The notes under the pieces were generated by a model. That model was not told where the DNA came from. It was given only the letters and a program-made list of their open reading frames with translations, and ran no database searches. Below, piece by piece: positions 1 to 24,313 of a stretch of 64,000 bases of DNA. This DNA comes from Chrysomallon squamiferum (taxonomy: Eukaryota; Animalia; Mollusca), in NCBI GenBank assembly GCA_012295275.1, contig CM022677.1, positions 24,366,001 to 24,430,000 of the forward strand, read 5' to 3'. Numbering within the stretch: position 1 is the stretch's first letter; every line of letters starts with the position of its first letter. A program made the position numbers and the translations under genes.

Positions 1-415
1 AATAATAATAATAATAATAATAATGTTGGAAATATACACACATAAATAATTTATATTAAAAATAATGTGAACTTTACTGTATCTGTAGCCACCCTTAACT
101 GTACATACACATGCAACGATGTTTAAAGATATAAAAAAAATATCAAAACCAATGACAGTACAGGTGGCATTTTGATACAAGCAGATAAAGAAACTATTAA
201 CATTCGACACGAACAAGCTCCAGAACCATTTCTTCACTTATGTCTAGACGCAAAAAACATTAGACCATTGACCAGGTTGAAAATGGAGACATTTCTGCAA
301 CAATCTGTTTTAATTATTGATTTAATATCATTTTTTGTCTTTGTTACAAGATCAAAAGAAAATGTCAGGTGCTCACTGATTGAATCTCCAGCAGAGAAGT
401 GATCACATTTACACA

Positions 416-2350
416 TACAGAGGTGTACACTGATATACAGTTATACAGGTGTAGTCAGATATACTACAGTGATACAGGTATATACTGATATACAGTGATT
501 ATATGTACATGTATAATACAGTCGTACACTTATATACAGATATACTACAGTTATACAGGTATATACAGATATACTACAGTGATACAGATATATACAGATA
601 TACTACTACAGTTATACAGGTGTTTATAGGTATAATACAGTTACACAGGTATATACAGATATACTACTATGGTTATACAGGTGTATACAGATATACTACA
701 GTTATACAGGTATATACAGATATACTACTATGGTTATACAGGTGTATACAGATATACTACAGTTATACAGGTATATACAGATATATTACTATGGTTATAC
801 AGGTGTATACAGATATACTACTACAGTTGTACAGGTGTATTTAGGTATACTACAGTTATACAGGTGTTTACAGGTATACTACAGTTATACAGGTATATAC
901 AGATATACTACTACAGTTATACAGGTGTATACAGATACACTATAGTTATACAGGTATATACAGATATACTACAGTTATACAGGTATATATACAGATATAC
1001 TACTACAGTTAAACAGATATATACAGATACTCTACAGTTGTACAGGTACATATATCCACTACGGTTACACCAATATACAGATGTATACAAATACACTTTA
1101 GTTGTACAGGTACATATATACACTACGGTTACACCAATATAATGCAGTTATACAGATATATGCAGATATATTTCAGTTACACCTCTAAACAGATATACTA
1201 CAGTGATACAGATATATTCAGATATATTACAGTTATACAGGTGTAAATATACTGATATACTATAGTTATACAGATATATTACAGTTATACAGGTGTTTAT
1301 ACCGATATATTACAGGGATGCAAGTATATACAGATATACTACAGTTATACAGGTATTTACAGATATACTACAGATATACAGGTATATACAGATATACTAC
1401 AGTTATACAGGTATATACACATACACAGGTGTAACTATACAGATATATTGCAGTTATACAGGTATATACATATATACTACAGTTGTATACAGATAAACTA
1501 CAGTTATACAGGTATATACAGATATACTACAGTTATACAGGTATATACAGATATACTACAGTTATACAGGTATTTACAGATATACTACAGTTATACAGGT
1601 ATATACAGATATACTACAGTTATACAGGTATATACAGATATACTACAGTTATACAGGTATATACAGATATACTACAGTTATATACAGTTATACAGGTATA
1701 AACAGATATAAATATACAGTTATACAGTTGTTTATAGATATACTACAGTTATACAGGTATTTACAGATATTCTACAGTTATACAGGTATACTACAGTTTT
1801 ACACAGATACACTACAGTGATACAGGTATATACACATATACTAAAGTGATATATATATACATTACAGTTAAACAGGTATATACAGATATACTACTAGTTA
1901 TACAGGTATATATATATATATATAGTGATACAGGTATATACACATATACTACAGTTATACAGGTATATACACATATACTACAGTGATACAGGTATATACA
2001 GATATACTACAGTGATACAGGTATATACACATATACTACAGTTATACAGGCATTTACAGATATACTACAGTGATACAGATATATACACATATACTACAGT
2101 GATACAGGTATATACAGATATACTACAGTGATACAGGTATTTACACATATACTACAGTGATACAGGTATATACACATATACTACAGTTATACAGGTATTT
2201 ACAGATATACTACAGTGATACAGGTATATACAGATATACTACAGTGATACAGGTATATACACATATACTACAGTGATACAGGTATATACACATATACTAC
2301 AGTTATACAGGTATTTACAGATATACTACGGTTATACAGGTATATATAAA
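416..2350. repeat. 29-bp minisatellite array (CAGTTATACAGGTATATACAGATATACTA; 32-bp variants with an extra CTA)
   Basis: The unit recurs at a 29-bp period (e.g. 1501, 1530). It accounts for the 'YRYIQIYY/VIQVYTDIL' spurious ORFs. Confidence 0.95.
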
Positions 2351-2446
2351 CTGATACACAATGAGACAGGACTATACAGACACAGATTTACAGCATACCA
2401 TAATTTTTTTTGTTTACAGTATTTTTCTTTATATTTTTTAATTTTA

Positions 2447-2486
<40 letters not shown>

Positions 2487-4039
2487 AATAAATTAATTAA
2501 TTAGCTAAATTAATTTTAAAAATAGTAATAATAATGCTTTCATTAATTTACATGGTAACATTTCTCTGTATAATAATTATAATTAGTACATGATTTGTCT
2601 ACACAAATAATCATTGTCTTTCTCAGTACTCTGTAAGGTAGATTTTCACTGTAATATTATTATTACCTATATTACTTTGTGGTTGTATCACTACAATGTG
2701 TAGAATTAATTAGAATTTTTTTACAAGAAGAAATAAATTAATACCAAATTACCATGAATAAGATATAGATACCAGAAATCTTCATTTGTTGTCACCCCCC
2801 CTATTTTTGATCAATGCCCCCTTCCATCTGACCAACTCCCTAACAATACACTCCCCCATAATAATCTCCAGTTCTGCCCTTGTTACCTCCCAGAATAATC
2901 TGTTTAATTATGTCAGTCTTTTATTTTTAATTTAGTTTTCTCTTAACTATAACCACACCCATTTCCTACACTGTTCTAACCTCCTGTATAACTGTGTCAT
3001 CTACTGTCTTTACTACCTCCTAAAACTATTTTTAATTTAATTATTATTATTTTTTTTACACAGACCATACCTATTTCCTTCACTGTTACCTCCTGTATAA
3101 TTGTGTCATGTTCTGTTGACCTTACAACCTTCTGTCTCTGTTCTTCACTTCTCCATTTTTATTTAAATATTTGAACCAAGTTCCTGTGCTCCAGTTTCCT
3201 CACCTCCCCTATAATAATCTCCACTACCTGTCTTAATTAGGTCCCTAAAATATTTGTCATCCATATCCCATTTTTATTTATTACCTGTATCCTTGTTGTC
3301 AGATGTTTTGATCTCCTCCATCAAAGCTTCCCTAACTACGTTTAGAAATGTTTATGTTGATTATATAATCAGCTGATCAATCGCCCTCCATCATTCACCA
3401 ACCCTCCCCTGTTGCAGTATCTAGGTCATCTCACCTAATGCAAAAAAGTGTGTTTGTTAGGTTGTTACCCCATTTTTACTTACTTTTTCAAGTGTCATTC
3501 ACTAGTGTCTAACCCTCCACTTCTATAGTATCTAGCTGTTTATTAAGTAAAAAAAAAAAAATGTTTGCTATATTATTCCTCCATTTTTAATTAGTTATGT
3601 TTCAACTACAATTCATTAATGGTTCTATAATTACAGTCTGTATGTCTGCCCATGCTAGTGTTAAAACTCTGCATTTAAAACTATGACATTCTCCTGTTTC
3701 TACTTATTCATCTGTTTCCCCTGACCATACCCTTACCCTCTCCTGTTATCATCTGCAGTTCAGCCCTTTACCACCACCTCCTCTCAAACACCTAATCTAT
3801 TTATGTTCATTATGTCACTCCCCCCTCTGTTTTTCTTTCATCACCTGTTTCCACCGGCAGTAACCCCCCATCGTGTAGCAACCCTCCACCAACCCAGTTG
3901 GTGTCTGTATGGTCAGTTATTGTGTCTGTATTCAGTGTTATGAATGTGTGTGTGTGTATGTGTGTGTGTGTGTATATATATAGAGAGAGAGCTTGTGTAC
4001 CGAGTGTAACAGAGAGAGAGAGAGACACACGCAGACGTT

Positions 4040-4609
4040 ATGTAGGTCAAAGTATGTCTGGGTCATTTTGCAAGCAGCACTACTAAAGACAGACGGCAGT
4101 TTTACTTCACTGAGCGTCTAGTGGAGATCTCCCAGTCTTTCATCATTATTATTATCATTATTATTATTTCTGTCATTTATTTTTTGTAAAGACACTGCTT
4201 GTCTTCTGCTACAATTGTTATATATTTCTTTTTGGTTTGTTATCATTTTTTTTTTTTTTTTTTTTTTTTCAATTTTTTTTTTTTTTTTTTTTTTTTAACC
4301 TTGTCTGTGAAGTAACATATTTTCTAAGCCATACGTATTTGTTTATTTATCAACAACTGGAGAGGAATATTTTATTTTATTTTATTCATTTTTGTTTTGA
4401 TTTTTTTTTTTTTTTTTAAATATTATTTTTCTTATTTATTTTTCTTTAATGGTTTGATTTTGTTATTTATTGATTTTTTAGTGTTATTGTTATTAAAAAA
4501 AAAAAAAAAAAAAAAACGTGACAGTGTTTATGGTTCTGGTGGTTGGATGTAAAAGTGGGGATGTGAATACTCAACACTGAGTATTTTTTTCTTTCATCAA
4601 ACTGTCAGG
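4040..4609 (+). promoter_or_regulatory. Putative alternative promoter and non-coding first exon inside the Smad2/3 upstream intron
   Basis: Non-repetitive island with several GTCT/AGAC Smad-binding-type motifs (4033-4120), ending in a good donor CAGG|GTGAGT at 4609/4610. The frame that would join the Smad exon contains TGA at 4578-4580. Confidence 0.3.
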
Positions 4610-6057
4610 GTGAGTACCTCTCTTAAACGGGAAAAATAAAATTTCCCGCTTTTTTGAAGCCCTTTTCTCTGGTTGGTGCTTTTACTCATAATATTTAGTT
4701 TTAATTTTTTTTCAGCTTCTTATTTTTAAAAATCTCTTCTTTTTTTTTTTTTTTCTGTTTGAACTGCAGAATAAAATATGGAGAAAGATACTGGGTCTGT
4801 TTGGCGTTTTTCGCATTTGTTAAATTTTTTATTCAGTATTGTGTTTCGTTCTTTGAAGGTTATTGTCAGTGAATAGGGTTAAATATTCTGTTTAAATTGA
4901 AATTTTAAACTTTTATGCGGCTCGGTTGAATCGGTTTTAGACATTTTTATGAGTAATTTTTTTCCCCTATTATCATAATTTTCTCTCTTGTTTTCATCAG
5001 TTCCTTGTTAAGCTAATCACTCTGATTTTCTTCTTTGCTTTTTAATTTTTATAATTTCTTCAGTTATTTTTTTTTTTGTCTTTCTTTATTACTAATTATA
5101 TATATATATTATTTTTTTTTTCCTGTCTACTTTGATTTGGGGAGTTTATATTTGTAGGATTTGTATAATTATCATAATTTTTTATTTTCTTCTCTTGAAT
5201 ATCTCGTGAAATGGCGACATATTATTCCTTATGTGATGATTTTGACGATAGTTGTTTTCCAGTTTATGTCCATATTGTTGTTGTTAACATTGTTGTTATT
5301 ATTGTTATTATTATTATTATTATTATTATCATCATCATCATCATCATCATCAACATTATCATCATCATTACAACTACTGTATTTTAAAACAGAGTAACAA
5401 AATTCATTCATTTTTATTATCATGGTTTTTGATCAATAGAATTGTTATTATTAATTAATTTGTTAATTAATTTATATGTGTGGTGTGCATGTGTTACATT
5501 TATTTTTCTACCTCAGCAAAGGTACATATATTGAACTGATTGAGTTTTTTTTATTGTTTTTGTTTTTTTTTTTTTTTTTTTTTTTTTTATAAATCTACAG
5601 TCCATTATTTTATTAGTAAATTATATGAAGTTTCACCTAAAAATCTTTCACCGAAATTAGTTTAACAATCTATATTTAATTTTTGCTGTTTATATCTTGA
5701 TTTACCGTTTTTGAGTTTTTGTTAACATGTTTAAAAAAAAAAGAAAAAAAAAAGTAAATGAAGAAAGAAAGAATTAAAAGAATTGATTGAGATGTATGTC
5801 TGCTGAATTTGAATAATATAATTATTTCAGTCTTACTATGAATGTAGTGTTGTTTTTTTGCATAAACAATAACAAAAACTGACTAATACTTACATTTTTT
5901 TGTTTTTAAATTGTTTGATCTTGTGCATAGGAATTTTGTTTTATTTCTGTATTTATTTATCTTTTTTGTTAATAATATTTATTTTTTATTTTTTATTTTT
6001 TATTCTTCTTTGTTATTCTTCTTCTTCTTATTATTCTTACTAATTTTTATTTATTTT

Positions 6058-6093
<36 letters not shown>

Positions 6094-6731
6094 TATATTG
6101 GTTTTATTTTTTTTTTTTGTATTTTTATTTAATTTTATTTAATTTATTTTATTTTATTTTTTTTTTTAATTTTTTTTAATTCCCCATTGATATCTGATAT
6201 TATGAATTTTTACTATCTATTCAGTTTCTGTTTTAATTACTAAAAGTTTTAATCCATACTTTTTCTGATATAATATAGTTAATTTTCTTCAATATGATAT
6301 TTACATAATATAGACATTTAACTTTTCTTTTCGTAATTTTTTCTTCTTTATTTTTTTTTTTCCAGTTTATCCAATTTTCAATTTCTTCTATGAATAGAAT
6401 TTATGTATTTATGACATTTGTTTTATTTCTGTTTTTTCTAGAATATATTGCTAATTATGCAAATAGATTACTGTTTTTCCCAAGCAGACACTAGAATTGT
6501 TTTGCATATAATTTTCATTATTTATGTTCAGTAATTTCCATATTTTTTATATAAGACTGGATTTCTCATCTATAGTAAGACCTTGTTAGGAAACAAGCTG
6601 GACAAATGTCATCTCCAAGGAATTTTATAAATTTTTATTTTATTTTATTTTTATTTCTTGCATTAGGTATGTTTTGCCTGTTTGTCTGAATTTTATTCTT
6701 GTGATATCTGGTCCTTTTCTTTTTATTTATT

Positions 6732-6781
<50 letters not shown>

Positions 6782-7025
6782 CTATTTCTATCTATTTTAT
6801 TTTTTTTTTTTTTTTTTATTTTTTATTTATTTATTGTTGTTTACTTATTTTCTTATTTATTTATTATCAATTTTTGTTTAGTTTTTGCTTGTCAATATAT
6901 TTATTTTATTTTGTTGTTGTTATTTTTATTTATTTCATTATTTACTTATTTATTTATTTATTTTTAAATCTCTGAAATTAACTAGTGCAAGATACGTTGA
7001 AACATTGTTGCATTAACATTTATTT

Positions 7026-7064
<39 letters not shown>

Positions 7065-7293
7065 TTTTATTTTATTATATTTTATTTTATTTTATTCTAC
7101 ACTTCAGATAACATATAGGCCTATTATGTACTGACTTATTCAGATAATATTCTTAGTTCTGAATACAGGATTTGAAATATATATAAACATATTTAAAGAA
7201 ATGGTGCTGTTTTGAAATTTCTAGAAGTATTTTTGTAAAATGTGTGTGTGTTGATTCATTTCTCTTCTTGAGTTTGTATGCTAAATAAGAAAG

Positions 7294-7360
<67 letters not shown>

Positions 7361-8273
7361 TGTTACAGAGATAATGAGAGACAGACAGGAAGAGAGTGAA
7401 AGAATGAGAGACAAAGACAGACAGACAGACAGACAGAGAATGGGAGACAAAGACAGACAGACAGATAGAATGGGAGACAGACAGACAGACAGACAGAGAC
7501 TGGGAGGAAAGGGGTGGGAGGGAGACAACACAACCTACATTACCTGAAATCTGCGCTTATTATATTTTATTGTTACACTGATCCCATTTGTCTGCACCTC
7601 ACAGGTCATTAGCCTTTGACCTAGATAAAACACTGCCAAGCAAATTACAAGCTGTAATGGAAACAGCCACACCCGACCCTTATTCTTCTTAATAAAGTAC
7701 TTACGTTGCCAGTGGCAGATCAGGAAAATATCATTATCAGCTGTCTATCTCACGTTCCAGTCAAGTGTTACATCAGAAATAAAAAAGGTATAAAAAGTTT
7801 AACTGTTATGGACCTTTTCCAGTTCTAACCAGTCTAAGTATTTCAGTATTTTCCATTATAATTAAGTTTTATATGTATATAAGGGTCGTTTTTTTTTTTT
7901 TTTTTTTTTTTTCTCCCCATTCCACCCATCTCTATTTTCACTTGATTGGTATAATTATTTATTTATTCATTCATTCGTTTGTCATTGTTTTGTTTTATTT
8001 ATTTATTATTCATTTCTGTTTTCAATTGAAAGAAGTAACTTCTGTTATCTGTTGTTTGTAAATGTTTACAGCATTCTGTTAATTTCTGTTTGTTTGTTTC
8101 TGTTTTTTTGTTTTGTGTATATATGGGTTTTTTTTAGTTTCATATCAGCATTAAAAATATATTTTTTCTTTTTAATTTTCCATTATTATTATTTATTTTT
8201 TATTTTTATTTTTTTATTTTTTTATTTTTTTATTATTTTTAATATTATTATTATTATTTTTATTATTATTTTA

Positions 8274-8338
<65 letters not shown>

Positions 8339-8529
8339 TATTCACTTACATATCATTAGATGGATGACAAGTATTTTACATTTACTTACTTACTTCTTTA
8401 CAGGTAACTTGACATATGTCTGCAGGTATCATAAGAGATTTCTGCATTACTTATTTATTTATTTACTTATTTATATATTTACTTATTTACTTACTTATTT
8501 ATTTACTTACTTATTTATTTACTTACTTA

Positions 8530-17462
<8,933 letters not shown>

Positions 17463-17638
17463 CAAGACACACCCGTCTGTGTGTGGACACACCCTTCTGT
17501 GTTATGTACATGTGTCTATCTTGTGTGTATGTATATACAAATATATATACATACACACATGTGTGTGTGAAGATCACAGATACTGTGTAATGTGTATTTA
17601 AAGACACATGTTACACTTGTAACGGTTACATGCATCAT

Positions 17639-17680
<42 letters not shown>

Positions 17681-17996
17681 ACTATACTATAATGGCATTA
17701 AAACACATCAATATATATATATATATATATATATATATTACTTTGGTATTTTAATGCTTTATGTCAAAATTTAGACAAACATACATAACAGACAGCATAT
17801 TCTGATCACAAAGTGTTATTATTGATGTATTCATTATCAGTGTATTGTTATTTATGTATACACTATAAATGTGTTATAATGTATACATCTTCAGTGGGTT
17901 ATTAATGTATGTTAATAATAATAATAATACAAGTATAAACATACATTCGTTACGAGACAATTTGTTTGATGTGATTTTGAAGTACATTTTTAATTT

Positions 17997-18027
<31 letters not shown>

Positions 18028-18160
18028 ACATACATACATACATCTGCATACATACACACAAACCCAGTGATATTGTACATTGAGACACATACATACCAGA
18101 AGGGTGTTTGTATACTGTTTGTGTGTATGTGTGTGTGTGTATATTTACACACTGACACGT

Positions 18161-18191
<31 letters not shown>

Positions 18192-19157
18192 GAGACTGTG
18201 AGATGTTATGTAGTTAGTTTGTTAGTGAAAAGTGAAAACACCGGTGACCAATCAGAGACTTTTTAAAAATAGAAACATGAGCAGGGAGAAAAAAACATAT
18301 ACAGAAATGTTCACAATTCATAGATCATGAAATTAATCAGTTTTATATATATATATTTATATTTATATATTTATTTCTTTATATTATATTATAATTATAT
18401 ATATATTTTTTTTTTTTTTTTTCAGTTATTTTAGACTTATTATAAATTTATTTAATTTACATTTTGTTGATTATAACACGTGTCGTTTCAACTTTTATTT
18501 ATTTACTTATTTGTTTATTTATTTATACATTTATTTATTTTATATATTTATTTACATATATATATTTATTCAGCGTTTATTTATTATTTTGTTTAATTTT
18601 TTTTTTTATTCGTTAGCTGTATTTCATTTTGAGTGAACGATAATATTAATGAAGCTCTGATTTATTTATTTAATTTTATTTTTATTTCTTTCAACTTTAA
18701 AAATTTTGTGTAAATCTTCTGAAAGTAAAGGAAAATGAAAATGAAACAAAAAAGATTCTGGAAAGGAAATCTATGGAATCATTGAGTGGTGTTGGAACCA
18801 AAGAAATATTCGTATTTGAAAAAAGGATGTTGGTTGTTTACAATAATATTTTTTGAAACAAAAAAAAAAGGAATCGGTCTTATAAAGAGATACAGATTTC
18901 TCTTCCTTTTTTTAAAATTATTATTGAAAGCAGAAATTCATCATCTTTAAGTTGTAAACATTGCTACTGTTTTTAAGTCAGTTTTATTGTCTGCCTCTGG
19001 TTACGAAAAAGAAAGAAAACAGAAAACGTTTCTTGTTGTCATGACAACAAGGAAAATAAACAATGTTTTGTAAATATGTTTGTACAGTAACTGTATTAGT
19101 TTTAGCAAAGTTAAGTCATTGTTACCTAGTGCTTGAATTATTATTATTATGATTATG

Positions 19158-19190
<33 letters not shown>

Positions 19191-20199
19191 GTCTTGATTT
19201 TAATTAAATTTTAAGTGTTTCACCTACAACATGAGAAGTTAACATTTGCTATTGTCGTCAATGTTGTCGCATTCAGTTTTTATTCAGGTTTTTTTTTGTG
19301 TTTTTTTTTTTCTCATTTTAATTTGTTACACAGAAACTATAAGTGCTAATTCAATGAAGCTTGACTGTAAGAATTTAGCTTCCCAGGATGCAACAGCCGG
19401 AACGTCATGAAGGTATGTTAGTACGGTCAAAGGTTATTAGGGTCAGGTCAGGGGCGTGTCATTTCAAAAAAGGTCGCGTCAGGTTTTTTTATTGATAATT
19501 TGATCAAATTTGTAAGTTCATACGTCTCAGTGTAAATTTAGTCAAAAGGTGATTGTCTTGTTTGTGTCAAAGTTCATTGCATGTAAGGTCAGGTCAGGTC
19601 ATGTTCGTCAAATAGCTCGATCTAATTCATATACGTTCAGAGGTTCTGTGTTAGTATTAATGACGTCAGAGGTCATTGTCATGTTCATGTCAAGGTCTGC
19701 AAGGTCAGATAATTGTGTTCGTGTCAAGGACAGTGCTTGTAAGGTCAGGTCAGGTCAAGTGTGACAAATAGTTTGATCAAATTCATAAGTTCATAAGATT
19801 ACATGTTAATGTTAATGGAGTTGAAGGACTGTCAAGGTCAGTGAATGTCACGAGGTCAGGTCAGGTCAGGTCGGGTCAGGTCATGTTTGTGAGGTACTTT
19901 GATGAGGTTTTTATGTTCAAAAGTTACGTGTCATTTGTTTTAGCTGTTTTGTAAATACTTCACGCTAAACAATGCTTGTTTGTGCATCTGTCTTTCTGTA
20001 CGTGTGTCTGTGTAGATTTTGTTTTTAGAGTATTAACATAGATAACGAGTTCCGACTCGCAGGCGTGACATACGACTCCTGTGTCCAAAATGTCCACAAT
20101 GTCCAGTACCCAGATTTGTGTTTTTTTAAATGTTCTTTTTTTAATTTTTTTATTTTTTATTCATAACTGTTTTTAAAGTTCACAACATGTTCTTATTAA

Positions 20200-20238
<39 letters not shown>

Positions 20239-20310
20239 ATATTTGAATTATATTCAGTTAAAAGATGAATATCGTAAGTTAGGGTTGACACACACTTGCA
20301 TACACATGCA

Positions 20311-20352
<42 letters not shown>

Positions 20353-22173
20353 CACACTAACAGTTAGACATACCAACAGAAATACATGTATGCCTATACA
20401 CATACATATTATATGACTATTAATTTTTATATTTTCATTTACTGTTTTTGCCAAGAATATTTATCCAATATTGTACTTATTTATACATTTATACAAAATC
20501 CAGTTACATTAAAAAAAAATTAAAATTAAAAAAAAAAAAAAAAAAAAAATAAATAAAAACAAGACGAAGAAAATTCAGGGATTTTTGAAAATAACAAAAA
20601 GTTTACATGCCTCAGGGAAGATATTAAAAAAAAAAAAAAAAAAAAAAATCTTTTTAAAAATTTGCACCTGGTATTTGAGCTTGCATGTTTTTCAGAAATA
20701 ATAATAATAATAACTAGTGATAGTTACATTGCTTCTGTTGTTAAACATTAAGTGTTAATATATTTAGCTAAGTTAAAAATGTCATCAGCATTAGTTAAAA
20801 TAAAAATCAATTGACGTGAATTCTTGTGTTTACACCAAAGTCTGTTAGTACAAGACCGATACAGAATCTGTTACCATGGTTACTGTGTTAACATTTTGGG
20901 CCTCTGCTGTTCGACATGGAGGTGTTTCAGATGCTGTTGGGTGGGGGTGGGGGTCTCTGTTGACATGGATACTGATTAGTATAAGCAGTCTTTGTTAAAA
21001 TGGTAATGAAGCTATTGATGTAGTGCGCCAGTATTTTTGTTTAGTTAAGTAATGTAAATTTTTTTGTTACCATGTTTGTCCATCTCTGTTGTTCTAGCAT
21101 TGGATTTTTTTTTTTTTTTTTTTTAATATTACTTTGTGATTTTCTTTTTAAAAAGTTTTTATATTTTCAGTTACTTATTTTTTTTTTTTTTTTTAAATTA
21201 TCATTTTTATTATTATTTGTTTTATTATTATTTTTTATATATATTTTATTATTATTATTTTTTTTTTTTTTTTTTGTAAGAATTTTGTTGGACAGAAAAA
21301 AAATACAAATCATGTCTGTAGAATACAAAATAAATAATGATAATAATGAAAGGGAAAATTCATAAAAAATCCAAGAGATTTCTGGGTAAACATTCGAACT
21401 TAAAAATGTGAACCATCATTAAAAATAATAACAACTTTGAAATGTTAAATGTACATTTAATGAAATTAACAATAAATGGTAAAACATTTAAATTTTTTAG
21501 TTATTTTATTTTATATACACCTTTTTCTTCTTTTGATCTTTATTATTTTTTTAGTTTTTTTTTTTTTAATGTTAACTATAAGAAAAATTAAATTATTATT
21601 GTGAAATGGAACATTTTATTTTGCATGCAATGTATACAGTACATTGTGTTTCTAGCTTGCCAGTTATTACCGTAGATTTTAATAATGGATTTTAATTGTT
21701 CATAATCTGTATTTTACATGTTCATACAATGGACTGTAATGTTCATAAAAATGGAATTTGAGCTAATTTATGAATGGTAAAAAAAAATAATAAATAAATA
21801 AAATAAAAATATGGACGAAAGTGTTTTCTAGTATTTGGCACTTAGAAATTATAATATTTATTTATTTGTTTGTTATTATATTTTATTTTAATTTTTATAT
21901 ATCAAATGTTTTTACAAATTTTACACATATTTTAGGAGAGATGATTTATTATTTTTATTTTTATTTTTTTATTTATTTATTTATTTTTGTTTTATTTATT
22001 AATTTATTTATTTATTTGTTTTTGCCTTTTCATTGTTTATATATTTATTTTAGTTTCTAAATGTCATTTAACTACAGAACAAGAAATGTTGATATGATGA
22101 AAGAATTTTTTTTTTTAAATGTTGGTTATTGTAAGAATGGTTTCAAAATGTCAAATTCTTCAAATCATTGTGT

Positions 22174-22179
22174 AATAAA
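22174..22179 (+). terminator. Candidate distal polyadenylation signal of Smad2/3 (would imply a ~4.7-kb 3' UTR)
   Basis: AATAAA followed by a GT/T-rich tract at the end of a long AU-rich region. Other AATAAA sites exist upstream. Confidence 0.35.
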
Positions 22180-22204
22180 GACATTTGTTTACTTAGAATT
22201 AGTT

Positions 22205-22288
<84 letters not shown>

Positions 22289-22581
22289 TTGCCACATGCC
22301 CTTTGCCCTCTGCCATGTCAATAACATTAATTTGTTCTGATAAGAAAAGAATTACGTAAATTGTCTTACTTTATTTCTATTATACAAATATATGTGTGTA
22401 TACAGATAGCGAGAAATAGATTTACAGTGCTTTTAAAAATTAATTTTGGAAAAGAAAAAAAAAGAAACGTAAAATAGCATTCATGACAATGTATTTAAAT
22501 TTGACAACTAAATTGTTCCAAATGTATTTTCTGCGGCTTTTTATTTACTCCATCTCGTCAACAAACATGTTTGAATAGTTT

Positions 22582-22650
<69 letters not shown>

Positions 22651-22800
22651 GAAACGTAACAAACATATTTTATTCATATATAATTTTCTTCTTCGTTTTT
22701 CATTTCTTTCTTTTATTTTTTTTTTTCTTTCTTAATCAAATATTAAGTGTCAAAACATTCATTCATCTTCTCGTACAATTTTTCGTTCAATATTTTCGTT

Positions 22801-23010
22801 TTATCATTCAGCGACGTAGCAGACAACACGGAAATCTCACCAACGCAGACGATATTCAGTCTATTTGACCTATTTACTTCATAACGAGACGGTTATAAAT
22901 AGCCAGCACGCGTGTACTCTCTAGCCTCGGTTTGAAAAGCGACCTTGAATAAAGAAACGCGCAAAATAAACAGACTTATTGTAATAATTTATTATTCGTC
23001 AAGTTTTTAA
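22801..23010 (+). promoter_or_regulatory. Conserved CpG-containing block with TATA box (copy 1; copy 2 at ~30614-30825)
   Basis: Nearly identical between the duplicates; TATAAAT at 22894 and 30714. Confidence 0.4.
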
Positions 23011-23860
23011 TAATGGGACTGACAAAACCTTGGAAAATAATGAAAAAGAAAAACAAATAATTTCCTTTTTGTTTTATTACGTCGCAATTTACCCAACTCA
23101 GACGACAAAAAAGTTAACACGACCTCATTTACCTTCCGATTATGTTGCGACCATAGACAAAAATGCCATTGATGCATCAAAAAAAAAAAATATATATATA
23201 AATCTGCTGCACTTTTATCTACTTAAGATCTTCAAACATAATTACATCTCGTTATCTGTCGATTCACACGTACTTTATTGGATATATTCCCTTACAAAAT
23301 GTACCTGGTGGATTAGTTGAAATAATTTTAAAAATAGATAAATAAAATAGGAAGGAAATATAAAAGACCTGAAAATATGTCTCTGTGCCGATTTGGAAAA
23401 AAATGGCAGCTGATAAATATATTTGTATTGTTTACTGACATTTAGTTATTGGCAGCTGCTGAAGTCCTGCTTACAAAAACAGTTCATTATTGCACATAAA
23501 AAGCACATAAAAATCCAGTGACAAAAAAAAAAAAAAAAAAAAAAAAAAAAACACAAATGGCTGAGTGATGCTATATATTAATATACATGTAAGTAACAAT
23601 ATTGCATGAATAAACTGTATTTTCAAAAAGAACTTTTAAGTTTTTATTGAAGCAGCTATACAGAAAAAATAAATAAGGTGGCATTTTTTTTCCAGATCTG
23701 CACAGTGCCATTTTTTTCCGGTTCCATTTTTTCCTACACCCGTTTAACAGACACACCTCAAATAACGTTTATAAAATAACCGACAGTTTTGTTCAAATAA
23801 CATGAAACTAGCAAATACTATGTCCTATGAAAAGCAGTAAGAAATCTTTTGTTCTTAAAC

Positions 23861-23909
<49 letters not shown>

Positions 23910-24029
23910 TGGTCTTCTATTAACTGACACCCGCGCTCATGATAAAGGAATGCCTAAACAAAGATAATAAAGCGTTATAACTTTTATATTCTAAATATGT
24001 AGGTTATTCCAAAAAAATATTTAAAAAAT

Positions 24030-24313
24030 CACTCATTTACGATGATCAGTGTTTGTTTCTGTTTTGAAAAATTTCACAATCAGACACAGTGCTTTTCACT
24101 TATCGACCTATATTTTGTTGCACGGAGGAATGTGTTGCTACGTGGTGCAAATCGCCCTGTTGCGATTTCACACGTCATCACTGCGTAAGCTTTTCAATCG
24201 CTCGCGCTATCTACTGACCTCGTGCAAGGTTCATTTGGAATCGACCAGGTCTGGAAGCTAGGTTTAAATTTCTTCAGTAACAAACGATACATATATGTCA
24301 TTAAAAGGTATGT
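24030..24313 (+). promoter_or_regulatory. Putative promoter + first exon, copy 1 (ends ATG TCA TTA AAA G|GTATGT)
   Basis: About 300 bp almost identical to 32640-32920; CpG-rich with CACGTCA; strong donor at 24307/24308; ATG at 24295. Confidence 0.55.

Noticed and set aside
172-416. Overlapping 76-aa and 60-aa ORFs as the missing first Smad coding exon
   Set aside because: No resemblance to the Smad N-terminus (PFTPP..KRLL..EKAVKSLVKKLKK) in the frames examined; the exon is probably upstream of the window.
503-2491. Multiple Tyr/Ile-rich ORFs
   Set aside because: They are translations of the 29-bp minisatellite.
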